From: Eledone cirrhosa
Lineage: Eukaryota
Assembly: GCA_964016885.1 (NCBI GenBank)
Contig: OZ024741.1
Coordinates: forward strand, 109,120,001-109,184,000
Length of the DNA: 64,000 nucleotides
Direction: 5' to 3'
Of this stretch, positions 23,550 through 35,905 are shown one piece after another. Position 1 is the stretch's first letter; every line of letters starts with the position of its first letter. Under the pieces are notes generated by a model. The model worked only from the letters and a program-made list of their open reading frames with translations. It was not told the DNA's origin and did not search any database. A program made the translations under genes and the position numbers.

Positions 23550-23796
23550 ACTAAAGGTGGAAAACTGGGAGAAGGCACTTGCCTTGGTGGTCAGGGTCAT
23601 TGTGACTTTTTACTGGGCTTTCTCCACAAATGTCCCTCCGAAGTCTCCCCCCTATTGGGGAATTTTTCATTGTTATTTTTTGTTACATCCTCTGTTTTTT
23701 TTTTTACACGCAGAAATGCCCATTTGTACCGTCCTGCATTGTCCTGCACTGTCCTTAATGTCTACTTTATGTAAACCCTTGTGGTTAATAAAGAAA

Positions 23797-23798
<2 letters not shown>

Positions 23799-23856
<58 letters not shown>
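23799..23856. repeat. (ATT)19 tract shared by the 3' ends of LINE copy 2 and the R4/Dong-like element
   Basis: Direct reading. Confidence 0.95.
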
Positions 23857-23857
<1 letters not shown>

Positions 23858-26800
23858 AGCTGCATTTATCTTGCTTTATGTTCATACGAGTTATCACCAA
23901 GTCACAACCAGTGACCTCAAGAGACAACAAGGTCCGCCATGTTTAAGAAAGAACATACATACTCACACATGCATCTTTAGTGTTTAGACTTGTGATGTAC
24001 TTATATTGACAGAATCTTCCTTAGTATATGAGCAGTTCCCATTAGTACTATCTTTTGTATTTCTCCTATATGCGGGTTTCCTGGGATTTGCGATAAGTAA
24101 TCATTAGACCCCTTAGGTATCATTCCCAGAGCGCCTACAACCACTGGTATTGTTTTAGTTCTCAATTTCCACATTTTTCCAATTTCTATCTCCAGGTCCT
24201 TATACTTGCTCAATTTTTCAAATGTTTTTATAGATACATTCTTGTCTATTGGAACGGACATATGAATTAGCAGGCATACCCTCTTTTTAAAGTCCTTCAA
24301 TATTATATCAGGTCTATTTACATCTATTTTTCGGTCTGTTTGGATGCTAAAGTTCCACAAGATTGAGATGTGATCTTTTTGAAGTATGGGAGGTGGTTGA
24401 TGCTCCCACCAATTCTTTTGATGGGGCAGGTCAATATGCTTACACATTATCCAACGTATGTATTGTGCAGCTCGGTCATGCCTGTTTAGGTATTCGGTTG
24501 GAGCTATAGGACTGCACATTGAAATTATATGGTCAATGGTCTCTGGTTGTTTTTTACATACACGGCATAATGGGCTGCTTCCATTTTTTATTATGTTGGC
24601 TTGGTAATTTTTTGTTGGCAGACACTGATCTTGTGCTGATATAATCAGTCCTTCAGTCTCCGATTTTAGTCCAGAGGATGCCAACCACTGATGGGTTAAA
24701 GTTTTGTCAACATCAGGATTGTTAGCTCGTTCTGGGTATTTTCCATACAGAGGCTTTTCTTGCCATTTCTTAGCCAGTTTCTGTAGCAGTTCTTTCTTTG
24801 CAGTTACTTTTACCTGCTTTGCTTTTTCTGTGTTTTCCATTTCAGCAGTAAATGGGACTTCTGAAATGTGTAGTCCATTACTGTATCTTTGTGCATCTTT
24901 TGTAATGGAGTATGATCTTTTGATGCTTTCGTGTTTCAAAACGAGTTTGATCATCCAATCATGTGATTCCCTTAGATATGTAGATAATCCAATTGCTGCA
25001 GTTTTCAACGCAATGTCTAACTGGATTAACACACGTCCTCCTTTCCTAGGGAGATATATTCTATCTGTATCTGCCTTAGGGTGATGCATTCTGTGCATGG
25101 TTAAGAATTTTCTAATTTTTGTATGGAGCCTACGGATCTCTGTGCTTGACCAGTTGATGACATTGTAACTGTAGGTTACTACTGGTATGACAAGCGTGTT
25201 TATGGCATCGATCCTATTCCTTGCATTCAATTCCGTTCTTAAGATTGCTCTTACTCTGCGGTAACATTCCTTCCTTATCCTTTCCCTCATTGTCGAGTGC
25301 TTGATTCCGTCTCCTTCACAAACATCTAGATATTTGTAAGTTTTTTCTTGATCAAGTTCTCTTATCACGTTCCCCCGATCAAGATTAATGTCTGAACTCT
25401 TCAGCAGCTTTCCTCTGGTGAACGTTGCTTTGGCGCATTTATCTAGTCCAAACTCCATTTTAATGTCATCACTGAACTGCTCCACAGTGGATAATAGCCC
25501 TTGCAATTGTTCAGCATTTTTTGCAAATAGTTTCAGGTCATCCATGTAGAACAAGTGATTAATGGTTTTGTCATAGACTTTATATACATGTTTTGTTTCA
25601 TTGAGCATTTTACTTAATGGTATAAGTGCGATGCAGAATAAAAGCGGTGATAAAGAGTCACCCTGAAAAATTCCACAATTAATATTAACTTCTCCAGCTT
25701 CCAGTGATTTTGTTTCACTATTCAAAAGGAGTGTCGTTTTCCATGTCTTCATACTGAATGACAAAAACCTCCTGACAACGGGGGATATTTTGAAAATCTC
25801 TAAACATTTTTCAATCCAACTGTGTGGCAAACTTTCGAATGCTTTTTTATCATCTATCCAAGCAATTGATAGATTTTTGTGTCTATTATGACAATCATCC
25901 AGTATCATTTTGTTAACCAAAAGCTGATCCTTACAGCCATATGAGCCTCGTTTATACCCTTTCTGCTCAATGGGAAATAGGTCATTTGTTATCAGGTGGT
26001 CATATGTATATTCAGTTAGGACTGATGTTAAAATTTTATACATTGTAGTCAAGCAAGTTATCGGTCTGTAATTTTTGGGATTGTTTGTCTCATCATTCTT
26101 TTGAAGCAGGAATGTAATCCCTTTAACCAGCCATGATGGTATCTTTTCTGGTTCCTTAACTATTTCATTGTAAAGTTGGGCTAACAGCTCATGAGACTCT
26201 GTGAAGGCATTTATCAAAAAATTTTGTATTTTGTCTTTTCCTGGGGATTTCCATTTGCTGGTTTTTCTTAGAGCCAAGCGCAACTGTTCAACTGTTATAT
26301 TTTCCCATGTTTGTTCCTCAAGGTGAGCTGTATCTTTCATTTGTCTGTCTATCCATGGGGCATGTATGTTATGAACTTTTTCTTCGGCCCAGATCTTTTC
26401 CCAGAATTCTTGCACTTCCTCCTTGGGTGGTATTGATTTAGAAGTTATTGTTGACTTACCAATTTTTCTGTAGAAGTTTCTTTCTGTAGAAGGTTTATTT
26501 GGCGATTGATGTTCTCTTGCCAAGTAGATTTCTTGTTTTTTCATCTTCACTCCACATAAGTGAGTGGTGACTTTAGCCGATGCATAATAGAGATGATTTA
26601 AATCAGTAATGTTTAGTTTGTTTGTGATGATAATGTTTTTGAGAATTATGTTAGTCTTGTGTATTATCTTTTGGTTCTGTTTGGAGTTCTGGATCTTGGG
26701 GAGGTTGTCTCGTTTCCCCATGTCAGATTCTTTCATTTTCATCCATTCGATCATAATTTCATCCTTCAAGTTGGCAAGTTCATTCTCATTCATTTCTTTA

Positions 26801-27580
26801 TCATTTACGATCTCATTATTTTCATTTTGGAGTTTCATCTTGAGCATGCACTCCCTCCACTTTTTCGAACCTTTCTTTAATTTGTTCTGTTGCCAGTGAT
26901 TCCGCCCCAACCCTGGGATTCGAAGTGTTACAATTTACCTCGTTTTCACTGACACATGTTTCATTTTCCCTTCGCTGACTTTGTGCTAATAGCTTGATCT
27001 GATCAATTTCTATATCAGTTAGTAACTTTTTTTTTACAATATTTCTTCGTATATTGGCTAGTTTGTTACTGTCAATATAGCCTCTGTTTTCGGGATGTTT
27101 CTTTTTCCAGTTGATATATGTCTGTTCTGTATTCGATGTATTTGATGGGTAGTACATGGCAGTGTAGAAAGCCTCAAGGACTTTTTTATTATCTTCCCTG
27201 ACCATTTTTCTCTCTTTTTCTTTGGATTACTTGGTGGTGAGCATGGAGGGCCAACAGTAGGAGTATTCCGGTTATGGGAGGTCTCCAGCTCCGAAGTGAT
27301 GAGAAGGTTTGAACCATTAGCTGATTTTTCGACCCCAGTCTGGTTCCTCTCTGAGGGACGCGGCCCTTTTTTACCCGGGTGACGGCCGATCCGGTATGAG
27401 ATTTTATCATTAGACATTTACTTTATTTTGTCGCGTTTTATCCTTATCCGCCAAGGGGTAATCATTTCGTGTTACCACTTCTAGAACGAGTGTCAACCAA
27501 GACTAGAGGGGTCGTTCTCCCCTAGAGACACGGCTATTCCCCGCCGGCCGCCATGCCGGTATTTCTTGGTCACGGGGTTT
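23857..27580 (-). mobile_element. Near-full-length R4/Dong-like non-LTR retrotransposon with restriction-like endonuclease
   Basis: RT (NYRPITCL, GIFQGDSLSP, FYMDDLKLF), CRVC...ETIDHIISMC finger, RHD, RPDII...KLSKYKDL RLE. The 3' end abuts (TAA)n. 5' boundary approximate. Confidence 0.9.
24001..27417 (-). pseudogene. R4/Dong-like RT-RLE ORF, decayed
   Basis: Main frame 24001-26910 plus frameshifted N-terminal pieces at 26822-27417. Conserved residues appear altered (WIDDKKAFES, LLIHMSVP) relative to the sister element's WIDYRKAFD and LIVDVACP. Confidence 0.8.
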
Positions 27581-28059
27581 TCTTTTTTGTTGTTTTTGTT
27601 AAATTGTTATTATCATGAGTGGTTCCTTAATGTGAGCATTGCGTGGCTTAAGAATGAAATTATTAATAATTGTCTCCACTCCAGGCACAAGGCCAGCAAT
27701 CACCCAGTGCATTACAATAATATAATATACTTTTTGCTGAAGCTGCCTGTTATTGTTGTTGGCTATGTCGGTGGTGGTGCTGGGGCTTTTATATTGTTGG
27801 TGGGGAAGGGGGGAGCCAGCAGTGCCATAGTTGTTGACGTTTGGCCGGTGGCCGGGTCACTAAGTCAATCTATTTATATCTTTTGCTAGCCTCTCCCTTG
27901 TCTAGTGATACCGCCACCTTCCCCTTTCTTAAGTTAACAGGGGAATAGTGGTGGTAGCAATGAAGGAGTGGTGGCGGCGGTGATGGGATAGTGGTAGCAA
28001 TGATGGATGGAGTGGTGGCGGCGGTGGCGTTGTCGTTACTGAGTTTTGTTGAATGGATA

Positions 28060-28188
28060 AGTTTTGTTTGATATGTGGTATCTATGCGTTTGTGTCGCGT
28101 ATGTTTAATATATGTGTTGAATAGATTAGTTTTGTTTGATCTGTAGTATCTATGCGTTTGTGTCGCGTATGTTTAATATATGTGTTGA
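28060..28188. repeat. Two-copy tandem duplication, about 68-bp period
   Basis: AGTTTTGTTTGAT...TATGTGTTGA repeated at 28060 and 28128. Confidence 0.85.
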
Positions 28189-28664
28189 CATATTCCCTTA
28201 ATATTGGAATTAAACATTTTGTTAAAACTTGAGACATTAATAATAGTAATTATTATTATGATGCTGGGATTGGTGGTGGTGGTGGTGAAATTGCTGTTAT
28301 CTGGCTGTTATATTTAGTGTACACAGCGGGGTGATGGGGTAGGTGGTGTATCAAGTTTCTGGTGTTGGTAAAAATGCTGTTATTTGGCTGTTCTATATAG
28401 TGTAGACAGAGGGGGTTTTCTTCCATTTATAACCATTTTCTTTTTTGAATATAAAATATATGATACAAAATTGAATATTTGAGCGATATAACAATATATT
28501 ATGGATCCAAATTTTTATGAGACTTGATTCGGTGATTTATGCATCATTTGTACTAAGAATTGTTAGTTCACAACCGATTTAAATATGTTAAAAATCAAAA
28601 ACTTACGGGAGCGATTTCATGACCTTCTACCACCACGTGTGTCTTCTTCCCTTATCTTCTTCCC

Positions 28665-28711
<47 letters not shown>
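28665..28711. repeat. (TTA)n tract at the 3' end of the second R4/Dong-like element
   Basis: Direct reading. Confidence 0.95.
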
Positions 28712-28712
<1 letters not shown>

Positions 28713-30876
28713 CTTGAATCTCAGTCATTGATGTTAGTTAACTGGAAAGTCCGTTGGAATGAATATCAAGCCACTACCTGCAGCCTCAGATATTCAGGAC
28801 GTATCGGAGGGTTCTTGCTGTTCCCAGCAAGCATGCTTTTTGAAGCGTTCCAAAAAGCGTGAAGGGGCCGATTTTCTTTAACCATCCCTGGAAACTTTTG
28901 GAGATAGTCCCCAGTGCGCCTATGACAATCGGGATCACTTTGACTTCATGGCAGTTCCAAATCCTTTTTACCTCCCACTTTAAGTCCTGGTATCGGTTAA
29001 TTTTCTCCCTCTCCTTCTCTTGCACTCTCGTGTCGAATGGGCAGGCCACATCCACGATCAGACACGATCTTTTTTCTTTGTCCACAACCACCAGGTCAGG
29101 TCTATTGTGTTCCAGTTTCTTGTCCGTCTGTATCCTAAAATCCCACAGCAACTTCACCTGATCGTTCTCCATCACCGCCTCTGGCTTATGCTCATACCAT
29201 TTCTCAGAATGTGGTAAATTGTTTACTTTGCACAGGTGCCAGTGGATCACCCTGCCCATCACATCATGTCTCCAGCCCTTATAGTGAGTCTGGGCTAGGT
29301 GTTTACACTCGGATACAATGTGAGCCACAGTCTCCTCTCTCTCTCCACAGATCCTGCACAGTGGGCTAGCCTCCTCCTTGTAAATATGGTGTTTCAACCA
29401 CTTCGTTTTGAGGGCCTGCTCCTGCGCAGCCATTAACATTCCTTCTGTAGCCTTTTTGAGGTCTCCTCTTCTCAACCAGTTCCATGTCTGTGGATCTCTA
29501 AATTCAGTTTTCTCAAAGAAGGTACTATGAAGGGATTTTCCCTGAAGGCTGCTCTTTCTCCTTGATGTTATTTCCTCCTTGGACATCCCCTGGCCTATTG
29601 TCCCCTCCTTCAGTACAGTTCTGAGCATTGGCTCCTTACTATCAGTCACGTATTTGTGTAGGTTCTTTTTCTCCATCTAAACACAGTCCTCTATGCTGAT
29701 AAGACCTCTTCCACCCTCAGATCTCCTTAGGTAGAGTCTATCGACATCACTCCTCTTGTGGAACATGTTGTAGATAGTCAATAGCTTCCTAGTCTTCCTA
29801 TCCATTTCTTTTTGTTCAGCAACATTCCATCTCAGAATTCCCGCACTGTACCTAATAATAGACACAGCTCGGGAATTTACTGCGCTTATGGCATTTCTGC
29901 TGTTCAGATGTGACTCCAATACGCTCCTTACTCTCAGAATGTATTCAGTTCTTAACAATTCGTTCATTTTTTTGTTCTTTATGCCATCAGCCTCCAGAAC
30001 GCCCAAATACTTGTATCCTTCCTCAGAGTCAATTTCCTTTATCATCTCACCTGTTGGTATCTGGATTCCGTTACTTCTGCTCAACCTACCCCTCCTCATC
30101 ACAATGACTCCACACTTACTAATACCAAACTGCATACATATATCACTGCTGAAAATACGGACAGTATCAACAAGCACATCCAACTCCTTCTCACTCTTCC
30201 CGAAGAGCTTAAGATCGTCCATGAAGAGGAGGTGATTGATGGTAAGCTCTCCCTTTCCCAACTTGTATCCTGCTCTCACTTTTCGCAGCATAATGGCCAG
30301 GGGCATCAGGGCAAGGACAAACAACAGAGGGGACAGGCTATCTCCCTGGAAGATACCTCTCTTGATCTTCACGCTTCCCAAGGATTCTCCAGTTGATGTC
30401 AACTCTGTTTCCCAGGACCTCATACTCCTGCCCAGCAACTGTCTGATGTTATCTGCCACCTTGAAGATCTCCAGGCTTTTGGTGATCCAATAATGAGGCA
30501 CCATGTCAAATGCCTTTCTGTAGTCTATCCATCCCATGGCAAAATCAGTGTGTCTCCTCCTGCAATTCCCCATTACCATCTTATCAATAAGTAACTGGTC
30601 CTTTGTACCACGGGACTTCTTTCGGCATCTCTTCTGTTCGTCCGGTAACAAGTTGTTTGTGTGGAGGTGATGGTAGATTTCCTCAGACACAATGCTCGTC
30701 AACAGTTTCCACATTACGGACAGGCATGTGATAGGTCTATAGTTGGTAACATCATTACCCTTGATTCGGTCTTTCATTATCAGAACTGTGGTACCCTTTG
30801 TCAACCACTCTGGTACCTCACCTGACATCAAGCAGTCATTGAACATGGTTGTCAGTTTCGGGTGGAGGGATGTTAA
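28712..30876 (-). mobile_element. 5'-truncated R4/Dong-like element, second family, with one in-frame stop
   Basis: ORFs 29677-30846 (RT, LFMDDLKLF) and 28786-29676 (CRIC...ETVAHIVSEC, RPDLVV...DVACP) are in frame and separated by one TAG. (TAA)n on both sides. Confidence 0.9.
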
Positions 30877-30929
<53 letters not shown>

Positions 30930-31002
30930 CATTATTATAGTCTTCTTCTTCTTCTTCTTCTTCTTCTTCTTCTTCTTCTTCTTCTTCTTCTTCTTCTTCT
31001 TC
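30877..31002. repeat. (ATT)n-(TTC)n compound microsatellite
   Basis: Direct reading; the (TTC)n part reads as the (GAA)n tail of the adjacent minus-strand RTE. Confidence 0.95.
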
Positions 31003-31625
31003 CCAAGTGTGTCGTGTGGTAGAATCCTCAAACGCTTCATCCTGCGGATGCTGTCAGTAGCAACCATCTCCAATTGATCCGGCTGGATCCCCAAGCGACA
31101 CCAGCCAAACTGATACATGTAAACCATCCATCATGCACGGGGTCTATCACTGGGTCTCCAGTGGTTTTGCTCGTAAAATCTGTTCAGGGATTCTTTCCTG
31201 AGGCATTCTAGCCACTTGCCCATAGTATTGGTGTTGTGATCTCTCAATTCGGAGAAGTAGCGGCCCTATCTGTAGTGACTCTCTCCGAGTTACGCACTTT
31301 ATTATGTAACGTTACTCCAAAGATCCTTCGGGGGAATCCTAGTTCAGCCGCTTGTATTCGCCATCGTATTCTTTCGGTCATTATCCAAGTTTCATGATCA
31401 AAGGTAAAGGTTGGCATGAAAACTGAATTGAAGCTAGTGAGTTTGGCTTTTACGCTTACGCTTACCTCTCTACTTGGGATTACTTTATGCTGAAGCTGGC
31501 GCATTATTGCACTAGCTATTGCAATACTTGCACTTAATTCAGCCTCCTGCCTTCCGTTAGTCGTGAACACGACCCCGAGATACTTGCACTTATCTACCTG
31601 CTTCAGTGGAACACCATTCACATGA
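31003..31625 (-). mobile_element. RTE LINE 3' fragment
   Basis: PLKQVDKCKYLGVVFTTNGRQEAE...RIQAAELGFPRRIFGVTLHNKVRN; same family as 8210-8637. Confidence 0.8.
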
Positions 31626-32154
31626 AGATGCAATAATCCCAGATTTCTCGAATACCTGCTACAGTGTGAACATTTGGTCGGCTGTGCGAAGTCCAGGGCG
31701 AAAACAACATTATTCATCAACTAGATTAGACTCGACAATCTCCCTACATCTCTTTGTCAGTCACTCAATATAGACTTTTTACCGGGGTGGCTTAACAGGG
31801 AGATCCTTATGTAAGTAGAACAATCTCTCTTGTCTCACTTATTTTTAAATTGAAATTATCCCTCCCGCTTGCCATATTTTGCTTCTAGAAACTCCAGTAA
31901 TTATGCAAATGTCTTGAACATTAGATAGTAAGTTAGAGATTTCGTAAAAGATAATATTGATTATTTATGGGGTATGATTGATGAAGTATGGTTTACACTT
32001 TTATATATAACTTATTCAATACTGCAATCATATACGTACATATGGTGCAATTAGACATTCTCACGAGATCACATATATTTACAAATGGTTAAAACTAGAA
32101 ATATACAAATTATGTGTTCACATTCACACACCCATCACACTACAATCGCCTACA

Positions 32155-32208
<54 letters not shown>

Positions 32209-33672
32209 TATTATGTGATACCTTTGCCATACAGTAATAATATATGCCTAGTACCATTGCTTGTTTCCTACCTAGCTGTCCTGTATATGCCTAACGCATT
32301 TGCACTCTCTATATGTTTGCATATGTACTGCTAATGTCCTCGTTTTACGAGACACTTTCTGCCTTAATACCTCTTTAATTATTATACTATTCCCTTGTAA
32401 TCTCTGTCACATGCATTCAACTCTGTGCCTCTTTAATTATTATACAATTCTCTTGTAATCTCTGTCACATCCATTCCACTCTGTAAATACGAAACTGTTG
32501 ATGACAACATTAATATCCATGTATCTATATGATTGTTCAGTTGAATAGGAAGTTAATTATATGTCCAAACAAAAGTTTGGAAGAAACGATTGCCAGCAAT
32601 AAAATGTTTTGAACATAGTTTTGATTATTGTGTAATTTATATTCCTGCTCGGTAAAACATCTGATGTATTTACATTGAGCTATTTTTCTTACTGTTAATA
32701 AGGTAGTAATAAATTACTGACCTTTCCTGTTTATAGTTGTATATAGTGTATATATAACTATAAATAATATTATTATTATTATATATATATATTATATATT
32801 TATATATATATATACATATATATACATATATATACATATATATACATATATACATATAGAATAGAAAACTCAATTTATTGTGTGTTACAATTGTTTCGCC
32901 GGCGGACAGACAGCTCGAGACGTGATCATTGTGTGGATCTGTCTGATTTTGGATCCGCAGGTTCGACGGACACGTCTAATGATTTTGGAGCATATTCTCT
33001 CACTTGGGTTTCTGACCCTCTGGGCCAGTACCGTCAAAAACTTCATCCTCTTATCGCGTCCTGTGATTGGCAGCTGATTGTCGACGTCATCATAATTCTT
33101 ACCACAGGTACCAGTCCGCTGACCATCAGGGCTGTCCCATGTCTGCTACACTTCAATAAATTACTGCTGTGTTTGGTTGTTCACACATCCACGTGCGCAC
33201 ACACACACATACAGACACACAAGCACATAGATAATTACAGTCGTACGCATAGACTCCCGTTATACACACACATTTAAGGAGAACATATAAACATATAAAC
33301 ATACGCATACATGCATCCAAAGAGGCACGTACACACACAGACACATGCCCACATGCCTATATACATCAACATATACACACACACATACATGCGCATACAC
33401 ATGCACATGCATGTATATACACGTACACACAAACACGTACAGACATATACATAGACCCCCACCACCCACGCACATACATATACACGTACACATATACATA
33501 TATACGCACACAGATAAACACTCGCTCGCACACACACGTATATACACACAAACAAGCCCTTTTCCCTACACAGGTTCTTGTACATACGCACACACACACT
33601 TGCTCATATACACTCTTACAAATATGCGCATATTCATATACACACCCACACATGCATAAAAAAAGAAAAAAG

Positions 33673-33932
<260 letters not shown>

Positions 33933-34089
33933 TCAAGATAAGCAGAACAAGTAAAATTCAACCAATTTTTCAAAATAAATCAAAATTAATATACAATATA
34001 TATATATGTATATATGTATATATATATTATGAAATACTGTTGGCTTCTTGCTACAATACTTTCTATACCTTTCATTTATATATATACGG

Positions 34090-34882
34090 CGATGAATTAG
34101 TTTTGCGAGGGTTTTGATATGAAATCGTGTGTCCAAACAAATATTGTTATACTTGGGGAGGGTCATATTTGTGTAATAATATTGCCAGAATTAATAACAG
34201 AACACACTCACTCTTTGGTTGGTTTTCGCTTCTGTGTCTTTTATATCGGTTAATTTAATTTATTGGGTCCTCAATTTACCATTGACTGACCAACGGTCAA
34301 AAATACAGATATAATATAGACACAAACACATATATATAGTCTACCAAAGTTCTATCGTTGCACATCTGTAATAGCGTTAGTGGTGCTAATATGTTTCCTC
34401 CTGTTGTATTGTATGTCTACGCCATCTTTATTTAGTCTGTTTATTTAATTATTTTTGCCTTCCTCCCTGCGCATGCGTGTGCGTGTGTGTATTGTGTTTG
34501 GGTGACTGTGTATTGGTTATCGTATTCAATCTTAGTTTACTAGTGTGGGTTTATATGTCTTTGTTGTGATTGTCCTTGTGTATGTATTTATTTTCTCTTT
34601 TTATTAATTTATAATTCTCTTAGGTCAGCATTGTTTGTTTGGGTGTTGTTGTTATTCCATTCATTTTTTTCTGTTTAGCCTTGGCCTTTTAAGTTCTATT
34701 TCGCTGGTCTCTCTGATTTGCCTATCTGACCGTTGGTCAACCAATGGTAACATTAATGAGCGAATAAATTAAATTAACCGACATAAAAAACACAGAAGCG
34801 GAAACCAACCAAATAGTGAGTGTGTTCTGTTATTAATTCTGGCAATATTATTACACAAATATGACCCTCCCCAAGTACAACA

Positions 34883-34886
<4 letters not shown>
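34090..34886. mobile_element. Inverted-repeat element, family B (PLE-end-like)
   Basis: Arms 34141-34299 and 34727-34886. Shares ATATTGTTATACTT.GGGAGGGTCAT and the outer tail with the HHR-bearing element at 37486-38171. Confidence 0.7.
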
Positions 34887-34980
<94 letters not shown>

Positions 34981-34982
34981 AT

Positions 34983-35098
<116 letters not shown>

Positions 35099-35657
35099 AT
35101 ATATACATGTTTATATACATATATATATATATGTAATAAATTTTCTAAACTATCTAAGTATTTGACTCTAACCATTATTTTAAGTATTACCACCCCACAT
35201 TATTTCCTCAATTTGTATGTGTGGATGTGTGTGTGTGTCTATGGAGGTGGGTGTAAGTGTACGTGCAAGCCAACCTACATAAGTCTTTTTATTTGTAGAT
35301 TTTCTCCTCTAACCATAATTTTCAGTAGCACCACTCCACATAAATTCCTCAATTTAAGAATGACCTGTATATCTATTTCATACTATTAACCTTAATTGAA
35401 TATATATCTGACCAGGAATGCTTTTTGTGAAAATCAGTCATATTGAACTCTTGTCATCTTGCCTGACGGTTTGAACTTTACAACACCACCTGCCTCTTTG
35501 AGGTCAAATACCAACCCTACTAGCATCTACAAACTGACCAATGAGAATTAAGACTAGTCCTGCTATTATTAAATTATTCCTAACAAGCTCATATGTCCCA
35601 AGGCTCTGATACCATCAACACTATAAACACAGAGCTGGCATATCTAAGAACTGACTA

Positions 35658-35713
35658 ACTGCCTGATGAGATCATAGCCATTCAATGGCTATCATCGAAA
35701 TATATATAGCAGT
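35658..35713 (+). ncRNA. Type I minimal hammerhead ribozyme (relative of 3271-3325)
   Basis: ACTGC-CTGATGA-GATcATAGCCA ttcaa TGGCTATcATC-GAAA-TATATATA-GCAGT. Stem II differs from the 3271 copy by compensatory changes. Confidence 0.92.
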
Positions 35714-35754
35714 AAATAAAGGATTATAAGTTCATGCAATTGACTTATGTTTCG

Positions 35755-35844
<90 letters not shown>

Positions 35845-35856
35845 TAACAGATTAAC

Positions 35857-35905
35857 GTTTAAGCAAAGAATCGCTGCTTTCACCCTTAACGGGATCTTCT
35901 GAAAC
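35857..35905 (-). ncRNA. Decayed hammerhead-like motif
   Basis: GTTT-CAGAAGA-tCCC gttaa GGGt-GAAA-GCA..TGC-TT-AAAC; core U4 is replaced by A. Confidence 0.5.

Larger units (their letters stand above)
17782..23798 (+). mobile_element. Full-length L1-clade (Tx1-like) non-LTR retrotransposon, copy 2
   Basis: Starts with the same GAATGCTATGG 6078 bp after copy 1. Both ORFs open; AATAAA at 23787-23792. Confidence 0.95.

Noticed and set aside
12025-23600. Antisense and alternate-frame ORFs inside the LINEs
   Set aside because: No recognisable domains; expected shadows of GC-rich or repetitive coding sequence.
29677-29679. Stop-codon readthrough in the R4/Dong-like ORF
   Set aside because: The sister element has no stop at this position and this copy is 5'-truncated, so a nonsense mutation is more likely.
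32881-33135. Minus-strand hammerhead with a very long stem II
   Set aside because: A9 is missing and there is no stem I pairing, although GAAAC-AATT-GTA and the base of stem II are present.
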